DNA of 64,000 nt, from assembly GCA_038867615.1 (NCBI GenBank), contig JAWBYA010000001.1, positions 32,001-96,000 of the forward strand, given 5' to 3'. Position 1 is the stretch's first letter. Each line of letters starts with the position of its first letter. This document shows positions 37,784 through 47,273 of the stretch, piece after piece. Below the pieces are notes generated by a model. The model did not search any database, was not told the origin of the DNA, and worked only from the letters and a program-made list of their open reading frames with translations. The stretch is from Sulfolobales archaeon. Lineage in GTDB: Archaea > Thermoproteota > Thermoprotei_A > Sulfolobales > AG1. A program made the translations under genes and the position numbers.

Positions 37784-38506
37784 CTATATACTAGGTAACG
37801 AGGATCTTATCCTGACAAGCATATCTGGATAATCACTAGCAATACCATCAACACCTCTCCCAACCAGCTCTCTAACCCATCTCTCCTCATTAACAGTCCA
37901 GGCAATAACCTTAATACCCATCCTATGTGCGAGATCGATTGTTTTCTTAGTAGCGAGAGGATACCTTGGGAGCACTATCTCCAACCTAGCCCTCTTAGCC
38001 TCAATAACCTTCCCAGGAGGCTGGCTATAAACAACACCACAGACAATCCTTGGGAATTTTTTCTTAACACCTGCTAGCACGCTCTCATCGAAGCTTATGA
38101 TCGCAACCCTATCCTCGACACCTACTCTCCTCATAACATCGATAGCTATCTCCTCATCCCCGGGAACCTTGATCTCTACCAGGATCCCTACCTTATCGGC
38201 AATCGATCTCAAAACATCCTCGAAGGTCGGTATTTTCTCACCACCTATACTGATCTCGCTGAGATCCTTGAACCTAGACCTCCTAGCATTGATCTCTAAA
38301 CCAGCAACCCTCCTAAGATCCTCGTCATGGAGTGCTATAGCAACACCATCAGCAGTAACCTGGATATCGAGCTCAACAAGATCTACACCCACCTCTATGG
38401 CTTTAAGAAAACTCGACATAGTATTCTCCGGGGCGAGACCAGCTGCACCCCTATGGCCTATTATGGCGAAAGGCTTTCTGGAGAGTGCTTTGAGCACCGC
38501 GTTCAA
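37784..38506 (-). CDS. Glycerophosphodiester phosphodiesterase (GDPD)
   Basis: IIGHRGA..APENT, VELDIQ, LHDEDL.R, VEIK, AWTVN, GIASDYP. Confidence 0.93.
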   Translation of the reverse strand: MNAVLKALSRKPFAIIGHRGAAGLAPENTMSSFLKAIEVGVDLVELDIQVTADGVAIALHDEDLRRVAGLEINARRSRFKDLSEISIGGEKIPTFEDVLRSIADKVGILVEIKVPGDEEIAIDVMRRVGVEDRVAIISFDESVLAGVKKKFPRIVCGVVYSQPPGKVIEAKRARLEIVLPRYPLATKKTIDLAHRMGIKVIAWTVNEERWVRELVGRGVDGIASDYPDMLVRIRSSLPSI

Positions 38507-38633
38507 CCAGGGCTCCCCAGCTTTATAGCTGAGGTATTATAAATAAACAGCTCCACATAGGTGGGGGTTTTGTAGAACACTCTTGGCAGATCTATATTTA
38601 CTATCTAGGACATCCAGGTTTGTTTTCTTCTAT

Positions 38634-39806
38634 CTAGCTGAGGATCACTATCTCCCATGCCGGGTGGATCTCTGCCCAGAAACCGTGATCCGTGTCAAGA
38701 ACAAGGGATCCTATAACCAGGATCCTATCCCCAGGTTTGAGCCTGGTGAGGGTATCTTTCAGCGACTCCTGCATAGAGGGTACTACTTCTATATGTAGGT
38801 AGCCGTCTCTCAGTACTATGCTGCCGACAGAGATGTAGTGCGAGTATTCGGGATCGACCCTCAGATCTATTGTGAAGTCATTGTCATTCGAAGGCCCTGA
38901 CTGAGTATATATACCCTCGACCACTCCAGTAACGCTCACACATGTATCGAGCACCCTGAGCCTCTGCGGCCCCCACACACCACTCTCTATAGTCCCACCA
39001 CCAGCCACGTTACCCTGGAGACAGGCGGGGGAGGAGTTTTTCTGGAACCACTGCTTGGCTTCAAGCGAGTCTGGGTATAGTGGGTAGAGAAAGTTCCTCA
39101 CATTATAGGCGAGGGGTGTCTGGTTGGTTAGAAGAGAAGCTGGCACAGCTATCAAGACTATTGCTAGGAAGAGAAGAGCCATCCCAGTCCCTCTCAGCAT
39201 TCGCTGCGTTAGCACCGAGTATGATGCGATAAATAGGATGAGTAGAGAGACCAGAACACCTAGGGGGACTAGATAGGGTGCTGCTGAGAGAAAGATCCCT
39301 ATTACTGCTATAAATACTATGCCTCCGAGTATTTTCCTATCTAACCTTGCCTCTCTCTCCACAGCCTTTGCTAGAACATATGCGGGCGGGATAAACACAG
39401 CCTCAAAAATGGTTAAGGATACGTTAATAGCATCACCACCATAGAATCCCAGGCCCAGAAGGGTTGCTACAATCGTGCCAAAAACAGTTGTTGTCAGCAT
39501 AGAGCCGAGCGACCCTATCCTAGGCCTTAGGCTTGATAGAATGAAAGCCTGTGCTGTTCTTATAATAACAGCCCCGATAACGGTTAATGTGAAGGCGCTC
39601 TGGGTTATACTAATCAGGATGGCTGCTGCGGCTGTACCGATAAATATGCTGGCTGTAGCCAGGATCGGTTTAAAGAGCAGGCCCGCAGCGAAGAGGACAA
39701 AGGCGCTCGGTCCATATCCGAAGAAGGGATATGGTGTGTTTGCAATGCTCAGCGATGTTAGAAAGGAGGTTAGAATGATTAGTACTAGGCCTAACGGGAT
39801 CCTCAT
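38634..39806 (-). CDS. Multi-pass membrane protein fused to a C-terminal OB-fold-like domain
   Basis: About 8 hydrophobic helices, then VWGPQRL..CVSVTGVV..NDNDFTIDL..LHIEVVP..PGDRILVIG..D.DHG..EIHPAW. Confidence 0.65.
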   Translation of the reverse strand: MRIPLGLVLIILTSFLTSLSIANTPYPFFGYGPSAFVLFAAGLLFKPILATASIFIGTAAAAILISITQSAFTLTVIGAVIIRTAQAFILSSLRPRIGSLGSMLTTTVFGTIVATLLGLGFYGGDAINVSLTIFEAVFIPPAYVLAKAVEREARLDRKILGGIVFIAVIGIFLSAAPYLVPLGVLVSLLILFIASYSVLTQRMLRGTGMALLFLAIVLIAVPASLLTNQTPLAYNVRNFLYPLYPDSLEAKQWFQKNSSPACLQGNVAGGGTIESGVWGPQRLRVLDTCVSVTGVVEGIYTQSGPSNDNDFTIDLRVDPEYSHYISVGSIVLRDGYLHIEVVPSMQESLKDTLTRLKPGDRILVIGSLVLDTDHGFWAEIHPAWEIVILS

Positions 39807-39913
39807 TCCAGGCCTCCCCGCTATTTATAACTCTCATTAATTTAAATATAATAAAATATGGTTTAAACTAAACAACATACAGTGGGTTCTTCCCTTTCTA
39901 ATAGTCTTTAGAG

Positions 39914-40075
39914 AGTGGTTTCGAGCTAGAGGAAAAAGAATTATAGACATACATCTGATGCTGGGTTTATCTACAGCGTAAGTGTGAGTGTCTATGAGGA
40001 GGGGCTAGGGTTCGAGGAAGCTGGGTAGAGTGTTTTTGTCAAATGATACCAACCATTATGGGATCCCCGGATCCC
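39914..40075 (+). mobile_element. Internally deleted family-A tnpB 3'-end/omega-RNA remnant upstream of infB
   Basis: ATACATCTGATGCTGGGTTTATCTACAGC..TGAG..CTATGAGGAGGGGCT resembles ATACACCAGGATGTGGGGGTTTCCCCACAGC..TGAG..CTATGAAGGGGAGCT; terminus CCAACCATTATG. Confidence 0.55.
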
Positions 40076-40151
40076 TTTAACAACTATAGATGCTCGTTGG
40101 TCGATTTACCAAAATAACTGCTAGTATAAATATTATTTAGAGGATGCTGCG

Positions 40152-41993
40152 ATGGGTGAGGCTAGGAGGCTTAGATCGCCTATAGTCGTTGTCCTAGGAC
40201 ATGTGGATCATGGGAAAACCACTCTGCTCGATAAGATAAGGGGGACCGCTGTTGTTAAGAAAGAGCCTGGGGAGATGACGCAGCATGTTGGTGCTAGTTT
40301 TGTCCCAACCCATGTTATAGAATCGATAGCAGAGCCTCTCAAGAAGTTCATAAGATTTAGGCTGAGGATACCGGGGCTTCTGTTTATAGACACGCCTGGG
40401 CATGAGGCTTTTGCTAATCTAAGGCGTAGGGGCGGATCTATAGCTGATCTGGCGGTTCTTGTTATAGATATAATAGATGGTGTCAAGCCCCAAACTATAG
40501 AGAGCATAGAGATCCTTAAGGATAGGAGCGTACCATTTGTGGTTGCTGCCAACAAGATAGACAGGATACAAGGTTGGAGATCCTTCGAAGACACACCGTT
40601 TATGGAGAGCAGTAAAAAGCAGGATAAAAGGGTGCTTGAGGCTCTTGATAGAAATATATACTCGATCGTGGGTAGCCTCTCCAGCCTGGGAATAGAGGCT
40701 GAGAGGTTCGATAGGGTGAGGGATTTTAGAAAGACAACCCCCATAGTCCCAGTCTCGGCTAAAACAGGCGAGGGCTTGCCAGAACTACTAGCAGTTCTCG
40801 CCGGGATAGCGCAGCAGTATCTGGAGGAGAGGCTAGTCTATGCCGAAGGCCCTGCCAAGGGGGTTGTACTCGAGGTTAAGGAGGAGCAGGGTCTCGGAAC
40901 AACTATAGATGCTATAATATATGATGGTGTTATGAAGAGAGGAGACTTAATAGTGCTCGGAGGGTTTGATGGAGCTATAATTACGAAGGTCAGAGCACTC
41001 CTACTACCAAAACCCCTGGATGAGATGAGGGCTCCCACAGATAGGTTTAACAATGTTGAGGAGGTATATGCTGCTGCAGGTGTTAAGATCTCGGCCCCTA
41101 ATCTTGAGAAAGCGATAGCCGGGTCTCCTATCCTTGTTGCCCAGAGCGAGGAGGAGGCTAAGATCCTTGCTGCTAAAATCGCCGAGGAGATAGGATCCCT
41201 GAGGATCTCCTCCCAAGATACTCTAGGGCTTGTGGTTAAGGCAGACACCCTGGGAACCCTTGAAGCCCTTGTATCGATGCTTAAGAAGAGGAACATACCT
41301 ATCAGGATCGCTGATGTGGGGCCGCTATCTAAGAGGGAGGCTATAGAGGCTGCAGTGGTTTCTAAGGATAATAGATACCTAGGCGCTGTTCTCCTCTTCA
41401 ACGTTGGTGTTAACAGCGACGCCGAAGAGATCCTCAGGGGATCTGGTGTGAAGCTATTCCAGGGAAACATAATTTATAGATTGGTTGAGGATTACATCGA
41501 GTGGGTTAATGAGGAGAAGAGGAAGGAGAGGGAGAGGGAGCTAGAGAAGCTTGTGAGAGCTGGTAAGATAAGGATCATACCGGGCTATGTGTTCAGAAGA
41601 AGCGATCCAGCAATAGTTGGTGTAGAGATCCTCGGGGGAGTTATAAGACCCGGCTACCCCCTAATGAGAGAGGATGGTAGAAGCCTTGGAACTATAATGC
41701 AGATCCAGGATGCTGGGAAAACCATAAATATAGCTAGGACAGGGATGTCGGTTGCGATCTCTATCAGGGGTAATATATTGGTAGGGAGGCATGTGAACGA
41801 GGGCGACATAATATATACAGATATCCCTGAGAATCATGTGAACGAGCTTGTAGATCGATTCGCACAGGATCTCAGCAACGACGAATTATTAGTTCTAAAA
41901 GAAATAGTAGAGATAAAGAGAAAAAGTAACAAGCTATTCGCAACATCATCCTATATAAAGCTCCTACAAATCATCGGTAAAGGTGCGAAATAG
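40152..41993 (+). CDS. infB: Translation initiation factor aIF5B (IF-2)
   Basis: LRSPIVVVLGHVDHGKTT, TQHVGAS, DTPGHEAF, NKID, KADTLGTLEA. Confidence 0.97.
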   Translation: MGEARRLRSPIVVVLGHVDHGKTTLLDKIRGTAVVKKEPGEMTQHVGASFVPTHVIESIAEPLKKFIRFRLRIPGLLFIDTPGHEAFANLRRRGGSIADLAVLVIDIIDGVKPQTIESIEILKDRSVPFVVAANKIDRIQGWRSFEDTPFMESSKKQDKRVLEALDRNIYSIVGSLSSLGIEAERFDRVRDFRKTTPIVPVSAKTGEGLPELLAVLAGIAQQYLEERLVYAEGPAKGVVLEVKEEQGLGTTIDAIIYDGVMKRGDLIVLGGFDGAIITKVRALLLPKPLDEMRAPTDRFNNVEEVYAAAGVKISAPNLEKAIAGSPILVAQSEEEAKILAAKIAEEIGSLRISSQDTLGLVVKADTLGTLEALVSMLKKRNIPIRIADVGPLSKREAIEAAVVSKDNRYLGAVLLFNVGVNSDAEEILRGSGVKLFQGNIIYRLVEDYIEWVNEEKRKERERELEKLVRAGKIRIIPGYVFRRSDPAIVGVEILGGVIRPGYPLMREDGRSLGTIMQIQDAGKTINIARTGMSVAISIRGNILVGRHVNEGDIIYTDIPENHVNELVDRFAQDLSNDELLVLKEIVEIKRKSNKLFATSSYIKLLQIIGKGAK

Positions 41994-42095
41994 CCTAGAT
42001 AAGAGACAGGTCTTTTCACTCTGCCTGTTAAGGATATAAAGATCCATCGATTAATATCTAGGGCTAGACAGATAGTTTGCACAATATATGGGGAT

Positions 42096-42440
42096 CGGGC
42101 TGTTTTCTTTTTGATATATATAGGGAGGATTAATAGGTTTTGGAAATTTTCATGGATATTGGGGCATGCCTGGAGGCTGCTTTCCCACCAACACCTGGGT
42201 ATTTATAATCCTTGAAAGATATTATTCCCGGTGTGGGTCTCCCCACACAAGCCCTGGGTGGTGATGGGAGCAGTGTTCCAAGCCATCCGGGGCAAAGCTA
42301 GATGGGAGCCACATGCCGTTTGGCTCGACGGCCGCCCATGACCCTGCAGGATCAGAGATCCTGTGGGTAGAGGTGGAAGTCCCTGGATAAGACCATGAAC
42401 AAATATAAAATGATTGGAATGAAAATCCAGGGACAAACGG
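42096..42440 (+). mobile_element. Non-autonomous IS200/IS605-derived element (family B), second copy
   Basis: Colinear with 14862-15185; ends CCAGGGACAAACGG; TATA-like TTTATAAT at 42202-42209 precedes the structured part. Confidence 0.8.
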
Positions 42441-42458
42441 GAGTAGAGAAAAAGCTAG

Positions 42459-43415
42459 CTATCCTAGATATTTTGGAGGTATCTGGGCTATGTTTTTTCT
42501 TATAGCATCCACGCTCTCGTCTAGGAGTTGTTTCTCTCTATCGTTGAGCGGTAGTTCTATGATCTTCTTAATACCGCCTTTTCCGAGGACTACTGGTACG
42601 TTTACACAGACATCTTTATAGCCGTACTCTCCGTTTAGGCAGGCGCTGGCTAGGAAGACCTTGTTCTGATCCTTCTTCACAGCCTCAGACATTATGGCTA
42701 GACCAGCTCCTGGACCATAGCTGGAGCTATAACCCCTAAGCTCTATTATCCTAGCACCAGCCTGTATAGTCTCTTTGGTAATCTCCTCCACATCCTTCTC
42801 GCTAAGAACCTCTGTTAGGGGCTTCCCCATGACTGTTGATAGTCTTGGAAGTGGGAGCATCTTCTCACCATGCTGCCCTATAACTATCGCCTCTATAGAT
42901 GCGGGGGATATGGAGAGCTTTCTAGATATATAGTACTTCATCCTACCAGAGTCGAGAACACCGCTGAAGCCTATGATCCTCTCGCGCGGGAAGCCTGTTG
43001 CCTTATATAGCAGGTATACCATGGCATCAAGTGGGTTGGTGGTTATCATGTTAACGGAGTTTGGCGCGTATTCAGCAACATTTCTAGCTATGTCTACAAC
43101 AACCTCAGCGTTCTTGGCAACAAGCTCCTCTCTAGTCATCCCAGGGCCTCTTGGAAAACCGGCAGTTATCAGGACGATGTCAGCACCACTTATATCCTTG
43201 TAATCATTAGAGCCTGTAACGCTCACACTCTTACCAAGTATAGATAGAGCATGAGCTAGATCTAGGGCCTCACCCTGAGGCCTCCCCTTAATTATATCTA
43301 CCAAGACTATATCGTCAAGCTCCATCATCGATATATAGATCGCTGCTGCAACACCAACTCTCCCAGCACCTATTATTGCAATCACACCAAAGCACCCCAT
43401 GTACAATTCGTTCAA
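42459..43415 (-). CDS. mdh: LDH-like malate dehydrogenase
   Basis: IIGAGRVG, GEALDLAH, TAGFPRGPGMTREEL, TNPLD, LDSGR, GQHG; start probably at GTG ~10 codons in. Confidence 0.92.
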   Translation of the reverse strand: MNELYMGCFGVIAIIGAGRVGVAAAIYISMMELDDIVLVDIIKGRPQGEALDLAHALSILGKSVSVTGSNDYKDISGADIVLITAGFPRGPGMTREELVAKNAEVVVDIARNVAEYAPNSVNMITTNPLDAMVYLLYKATGFPRERIIGFSGVLDSGRMKYYISRKLSISPASIEAIVIGQHGEKMLPLPRLSTVMGKPLTEVLSEKDVEEITKETIQAGARIIELRGYSSSYGPGAGLAIMSEAVKKDQNKVFLASACLNGEYGYKDVCVNVPVVLGKGGIKKIIELPLNDREKQLLDESVDAIRKNIAQIPPKYLG

Positions 43416-43613
43416 ACTAATATAAATTAGGTTATATTGATTTGACTCTAATGAAACCGCGTGTCTGGTTGCAGGTTTGCGGCATAATATAGCATGATCA
43501 GTGGGTTGCTATTTTTATACCGGGAATCGCTGGATCTATCTATAAGTTTTGGATTATAGTGATTAATACTGGCTAATATTAACTCTTGAGTGTAGATTTA
43601 TTATTGGTGGAGC

Positions 43614-44816
43614 ATGTTCATTAAATTTGATGGCATAGTAATATTATCTGCTGTGAGAACCCCTATAGGTAAGTTTGGAAGAACGCTAAGGGATCTAAAG
43701 GCATCGGAGCTGGGATCCATAGCTATAAGGGAGGCTGTTTCAAGGGCCGATATAGATCCAGAGGATATAGGGTTCATAGCCATGGGGAACGTGATAAGGG
43801 CTGGAGGCGGTATGTTGACATCAAAGCAGGCAGCAATACTGGCAGGGCTTCCACCAACGATAGATTGTATGAATATAGATATGGTGTGCTCCTCGGGCAT
43901 GGCATCTATAGCTACAGCTGCGTTATATCTCGATAAGGGGGCTGCAAAGATAGCCATAGCTGGCGGTATGGAGAGCATGAGCAGCTCGCCCTACTTGATA
44001 CCATCACAGACTAGATGGGGGGTTCCACACCTAACCAATAGGAGCCTTAGTATAGCGGATGCAATGCTCGTAGACGGGTTGATAGACCCGTTCACTGGGT
44101 ATCATATGGGCAAGATAGCGGATCTCTATGCGAGAAGGGTTGGAGCGTCTAGAGAGGATCTGGATCTCATAGCCCTTGAGAGCCATATGAGGGCTGCTAA
44201 AGCGAGAGACGCCGGGATCTTCTCTAGAGAGATAGTACCTGTAAGGGTTTCTAGAAACGGGGCTGAGGTTTATCTCGATAGGGATGAGGGGATCAGGGAT
44301 GATGTGTCTCTCGACAGACTTAGATCTCTAAACCCTGTATTCACGCCAGAGGGTCCCCACACCGCGGGAAGCTCTTCCCAGTTGAGTGATGGGGCTGCGG
44401 CTCTCGTCCTGGCTAGGGAGGACTATGCTAGGGAGAGGGGTTATAAGCCTCTCGCAAGACTTATAGCGTATTCGAGTGTTGATACAAAGTCTGAGGATTT
44501 CCCATGGGCTCCTGTCCCTGCTGTTAAGGAGCTCGTCAAAGGCCTAGGGATCGAGCTCTCATCTGTGGATCTCTATGAGAATAACGAGGCTTTCGCGGTA
44601 TCCACATATATATTTGTGAAGGATCTCGGGATCTCTATGTCGAGGCTTAATGTCCATGGAGGCGCAATAGCCCTTGGCCACCCGTTGGGAGCGACGGGGG
44701 CGAGGCTAACAACAACTTTGATCAATGCTCTGAGGATAAGGGGTGGTAGGAGGGGTATAGCCTCGATGTGCCATGGTTTGGGAGGAGGCACTGCTCTGAT
44801 GATCGAGCTTCTCTGA
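43614..44816 (+). CDS. Acetyl-CoA acetyltransferase (thiolase)
   Basis: SAVRTPIG, VCSSG, GGMESMS, NEAFA, GGAIALGHPLGATG, MCHGLGGG. Confidence 0.95.
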   Translation: MFIKFDGIVILSAVRTPIGKFGRTLRDLKASELGSIAIREAVSRADIDPEDIGFIAMGNVIRAGGGMLTSKQAAILAGLPPTIDCMNIDMVCSSGMASIATAALYLDKGAAKIAIAGGMESMSSSPYLIPSQTRWGVPHLTNRSLSIADAMLVDGLIDPFTGYHMGKIADLYARRVGASREDLDLIALESHMRAAKARDAGIFSREIVPVRVSRNGAEVYLDRDEGIRDDVSLDRLRSLNPVFTPEGPHTAGSSSQLSDGAAALVLAREDYARERGYKPLARLIAYSSVDTKSEDFPWAPVPAVKELVKGLGIELSSVDLYENNEAFAVSTYIFVKDLGISMSRLNVHGGAIALGHPLGATGARLTTTLINALRIRGGRRGIASMCHGLGGGTALMIELL

Positions 44817-44820
44817 CCGG

Positions 44821-45102
44821 CTAGGCTTCTTGTTCTTGTTCAGGGCCCTCCGGCTTTTTCCCAGATCCGCATCTCTGCCTCTCAAGGCTGAAGATCGTTG
44901 GTGAGATCCACATTATCCAGGCTGGCACTTTTTTCACAAACTCGTATGCCTGTTCCCAGCTCTCAAGCCCGAGATCCTGGGCTAATCTCTCAAGGCTATA
45001 CTCCATCTTGACATAGTTATTCAGGATCCTCACTATATCTTCGTTAACCTCTATCCTCTTACCCCCAACCTCAACATATATCGGGTCGCACAGCGAGCTC
45101 AA
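44821..45102 (-). CDS. Conserved crenarchaeal hypothetical protein (HTH-like)
   Basis: 93 aa, SLERLAQDLGLESWEQAYEFVKKVPAWIMW; host-like codon usage. Confidence 0.7.
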   Translation of the reverse strand: MSSLCDPIYVEVGGKRIEVNEDIVRILNNYVKMEYSLERLAQDLGLESWEQAYEFVKKVPAWIMWISPTIFSLERQRCGSGKKPEGPEQEQEA

Positions 45103-45173
45103 TGGGAAACCCTCGTGCTAGTTTATACGGATAAGAGCCTATAAAGATAACACACGATCCCAAAGATGTATGT

Positions 45174-45677
45174 CTATTGCTGCTTCAGAGGCTTGAGATA
45201 CTCTGCAGGGACTGTTATGTTCATGGGGAACTGGGACTCAACTATGGCTACTGTAACCTCCATCCTACTCCTATCAATACTCTGTATTGTTCCTCTAAGC
45301 CCTCTAAAGGGGCCTGCGATGATCTCTACTATCATTTTCTCCTTAAGCTCCTCTATTATTGGGACTGGTTTGAGCATCACCTCGAGATCCTTGAAGCTAA
45401 CAGCTCCTGCAGCCTTCCCCTTAACATGCTTTATATCCTTCACAGCCTGGTAGACCATGTGGAGGCTGGGAACCTCTAGGATTATGTAACCCTTTATACC
45501 TGGGGGCACTACGATAGCTCTCACATCTATCTTTCTCCCACCGGTGGTTTTAGACGATTCTACAAGCATCTCGATCATTAGGGCTACGTTTCCCTCCTGC
45601 CCTCCTGTTGTCCTCATAGCGAACAGCTGTGTTATGCCCTTCTTCTCGGTCTTCTCTCCCTCGTCTTGTGTGCTCAA
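45174..45677 (-). CDS. spt5: Transcription elongation factor Spt5 (NusG family)
   Basis: FAMRTTGGQE, KGYIILE, KOW motif VEIIAGPFRG. Confidence 0.95.
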   Translation of the reverse strand: MSTQDEGEKTEKKGITQLFAMRTTGGQEGNVALMIEMLVESSKTTGGRKIDVRAIVVPPGIKGYIILEVPSLHMVYQAVKDIKHVKGKAAGAVSFKDLEVMLKPVPIIEELKEKMIVEIIAGPFRGLRGTIQSIDRSRMEVTVAIVESQFPMNITVPAEYLKPLKQQ

Positions 45678-45847
45678 CCTGTACCACCGCTTAGCATGAA
45701 TATAACTATGGATCTTATTGTGAACGCTATTGTACCTACGAGGAAGAGTCCTAGAAATATTATTTTCAGGAATAGCCTGTACTCTTCATCATCAGGCCTC
45801 CTAGCCAGCTCAAGGATCTTTTTCCATGTCTCGATTATGGATGACAT
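45674..45847 (-). CDS. secE: Protein translocase SecE/Sec61-gamma (57 aa, below the ORF-track cutoff)
   Basis: MSSIIETWKKILELARRPDDEEY + one TM helix; TTGA overlap with the spt5 start; canonical secE-spt5 order. Confidence 0.92.
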   Translation of the reverse strand: MSSIIETWKKILELARRPDDEEYRLFLKIIFLGLFLVGTIAFTIRSIVIFMLSGGTG

Positions 45848-46193
45848 GGTGCTCTAAATAGAATATTGTATGGGGACTATAATAGCTTAACTCGGATCCG
45901 GGGTTCTTGCCAAATAATAAGAAAGATCTATATAAAGATCTATTAGGGTTCTGCTATGAATTGTTTTCATAGTATCCCTGGATTGGGGCGGGGGCTGTGC
46001 TCTAGTCAGTATAGAGAGTAGTCTCTCGGTAGATTAAGTTCAGCATCTATTGGGCTAGTAACAAATCAAGCTTCTGCGGTAGCAGAGATCTATGAAGGCT
46101 GGATAGATGTTCCTTGGAGAATATCGGGAAATATCTGGAGGCAGATGATACTTATTGCTCACATGGTTGGGAGAAGATCAACAATGATCATGG

Positions 46194-47273
46194 GTGCGTT
46201 TATCATTAATACCTGCTGGAAAATACTATTTGGGCTGTTTCTTGGAGAAGAGATCCCTTGCTGTTATGGTTGTAGGTATTGTTGCGTACCTTGTCTATAT
46301 ATTTGCTTATGTGGGGATAGAGAGGCTCATCTCTATCATGGCCAAGATCGATGCTGTGATGGTAGTGGTATCGATGATCTTTCTCCTCATATCGATCCTG
46401 CTCCATGGGCTTTCATGGCACGTATTGATTGGTGGAGAGATAAGAGGCGTTTCAAAGACGGTATCAGCTACAATTGCCAGCTTGTTCGCCTCGTATGTGA
46501 TACCGATAGGGGCTGCCTCAGAGCTGGTTAGGTTATTCATAGCTACAAGGTTTATCGGGATTGGTGTTGCTACCACAGTTCTATCAATACTTGCTCACAG
46601 GATCTCCACCACCTTAGCTCCGCTCATAGCCCTATTGTTCCTTATCATCTACCTCAGGGGGGATCTTGTTGTTGTTGAGAATGCGACTATAACCACCATA
46701 TTGGCGGTATACCTGGTCGTTATAGTGTTTCCAAACGTCCTTGCCATGGGCTTGATAAAAACCAGAATCTTTGAGAACTTGATGAGGAGGTATGAGAAAT
46801 ACCTCTCAAGGATCATTGGCGATGGTGTGCGTACTTTCTCAGAAGAGTATAGAAGATCTATGTCTGGCTTGATAAGCGGATCGAGATTTCCTCTAGCACT
46901 GATAATCTCGCTTATCGAGTGGCTCTTCCTGGTGATATCCATGTATGCGATCTTTGTAGCTCTTTCCTTGAACAGGGATCTAGTTATAGCCGCGGCATCG
47001 ATAATAATGATCCAGATCCTATGGTGGATATTACCAATATCATTCGCCGGGTCTATAGGGATCACAGATCTTTTGGCGTCTATAGCATATCAGCTCCTCA
47101 ACTTCGAGCCGGGGGCTTCTGCAAGCATAGTGGTTATATATAGATTGGTATCTCTAACATCACTATTGATCCTTCTCTATCCATCGCTAAAGATCCTTGG
47201 TATATATCCGCGCGAGATCAGAAGGATCTATAGAGAGAGCAGGGATATGAAGACGGATCAGGCAGGAGGTTGA
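46194..47273 (+). CDS. Lysylphosphatidylglycerol-synthase TM / flippase-like protein (UPF0104)
   Basis: P.GA.SELVR, P..FAGSIG.TD, VIYRLVS; ~8 TM; start probably TTG ~46242. Confidence 0.8.
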   Translation: MRLSLIPAGKYYLGCFLEKRSLAVMVVGIVAYLVYIFAYVGIERLISIMAKIDAVMVVVSMIFLLISILLHGLSWHVLIGGEIRGVSKTVSATIASLFASYVIPIGAASELVRLFIATRFIGIGVATTVLSILAHRISTTLAPLIALLFLIIYLRGDLVVVENATITTILAVYLVVIVFPNVLAMGLIKTRIFENLMRRYEKYLSRIIGDGVRTFSEEYRRSMSGLISGSRFPLALIISLIEWLFLVISMYAIFVALSLNRDLVIAAASIIMIQILWWILPISFAGSIGITDLLASIAYQLLNFEPGASASIVVIYRLVSLTSLLILLYPSLKILGIYPREIRRIYRESRDMKTDQAGG

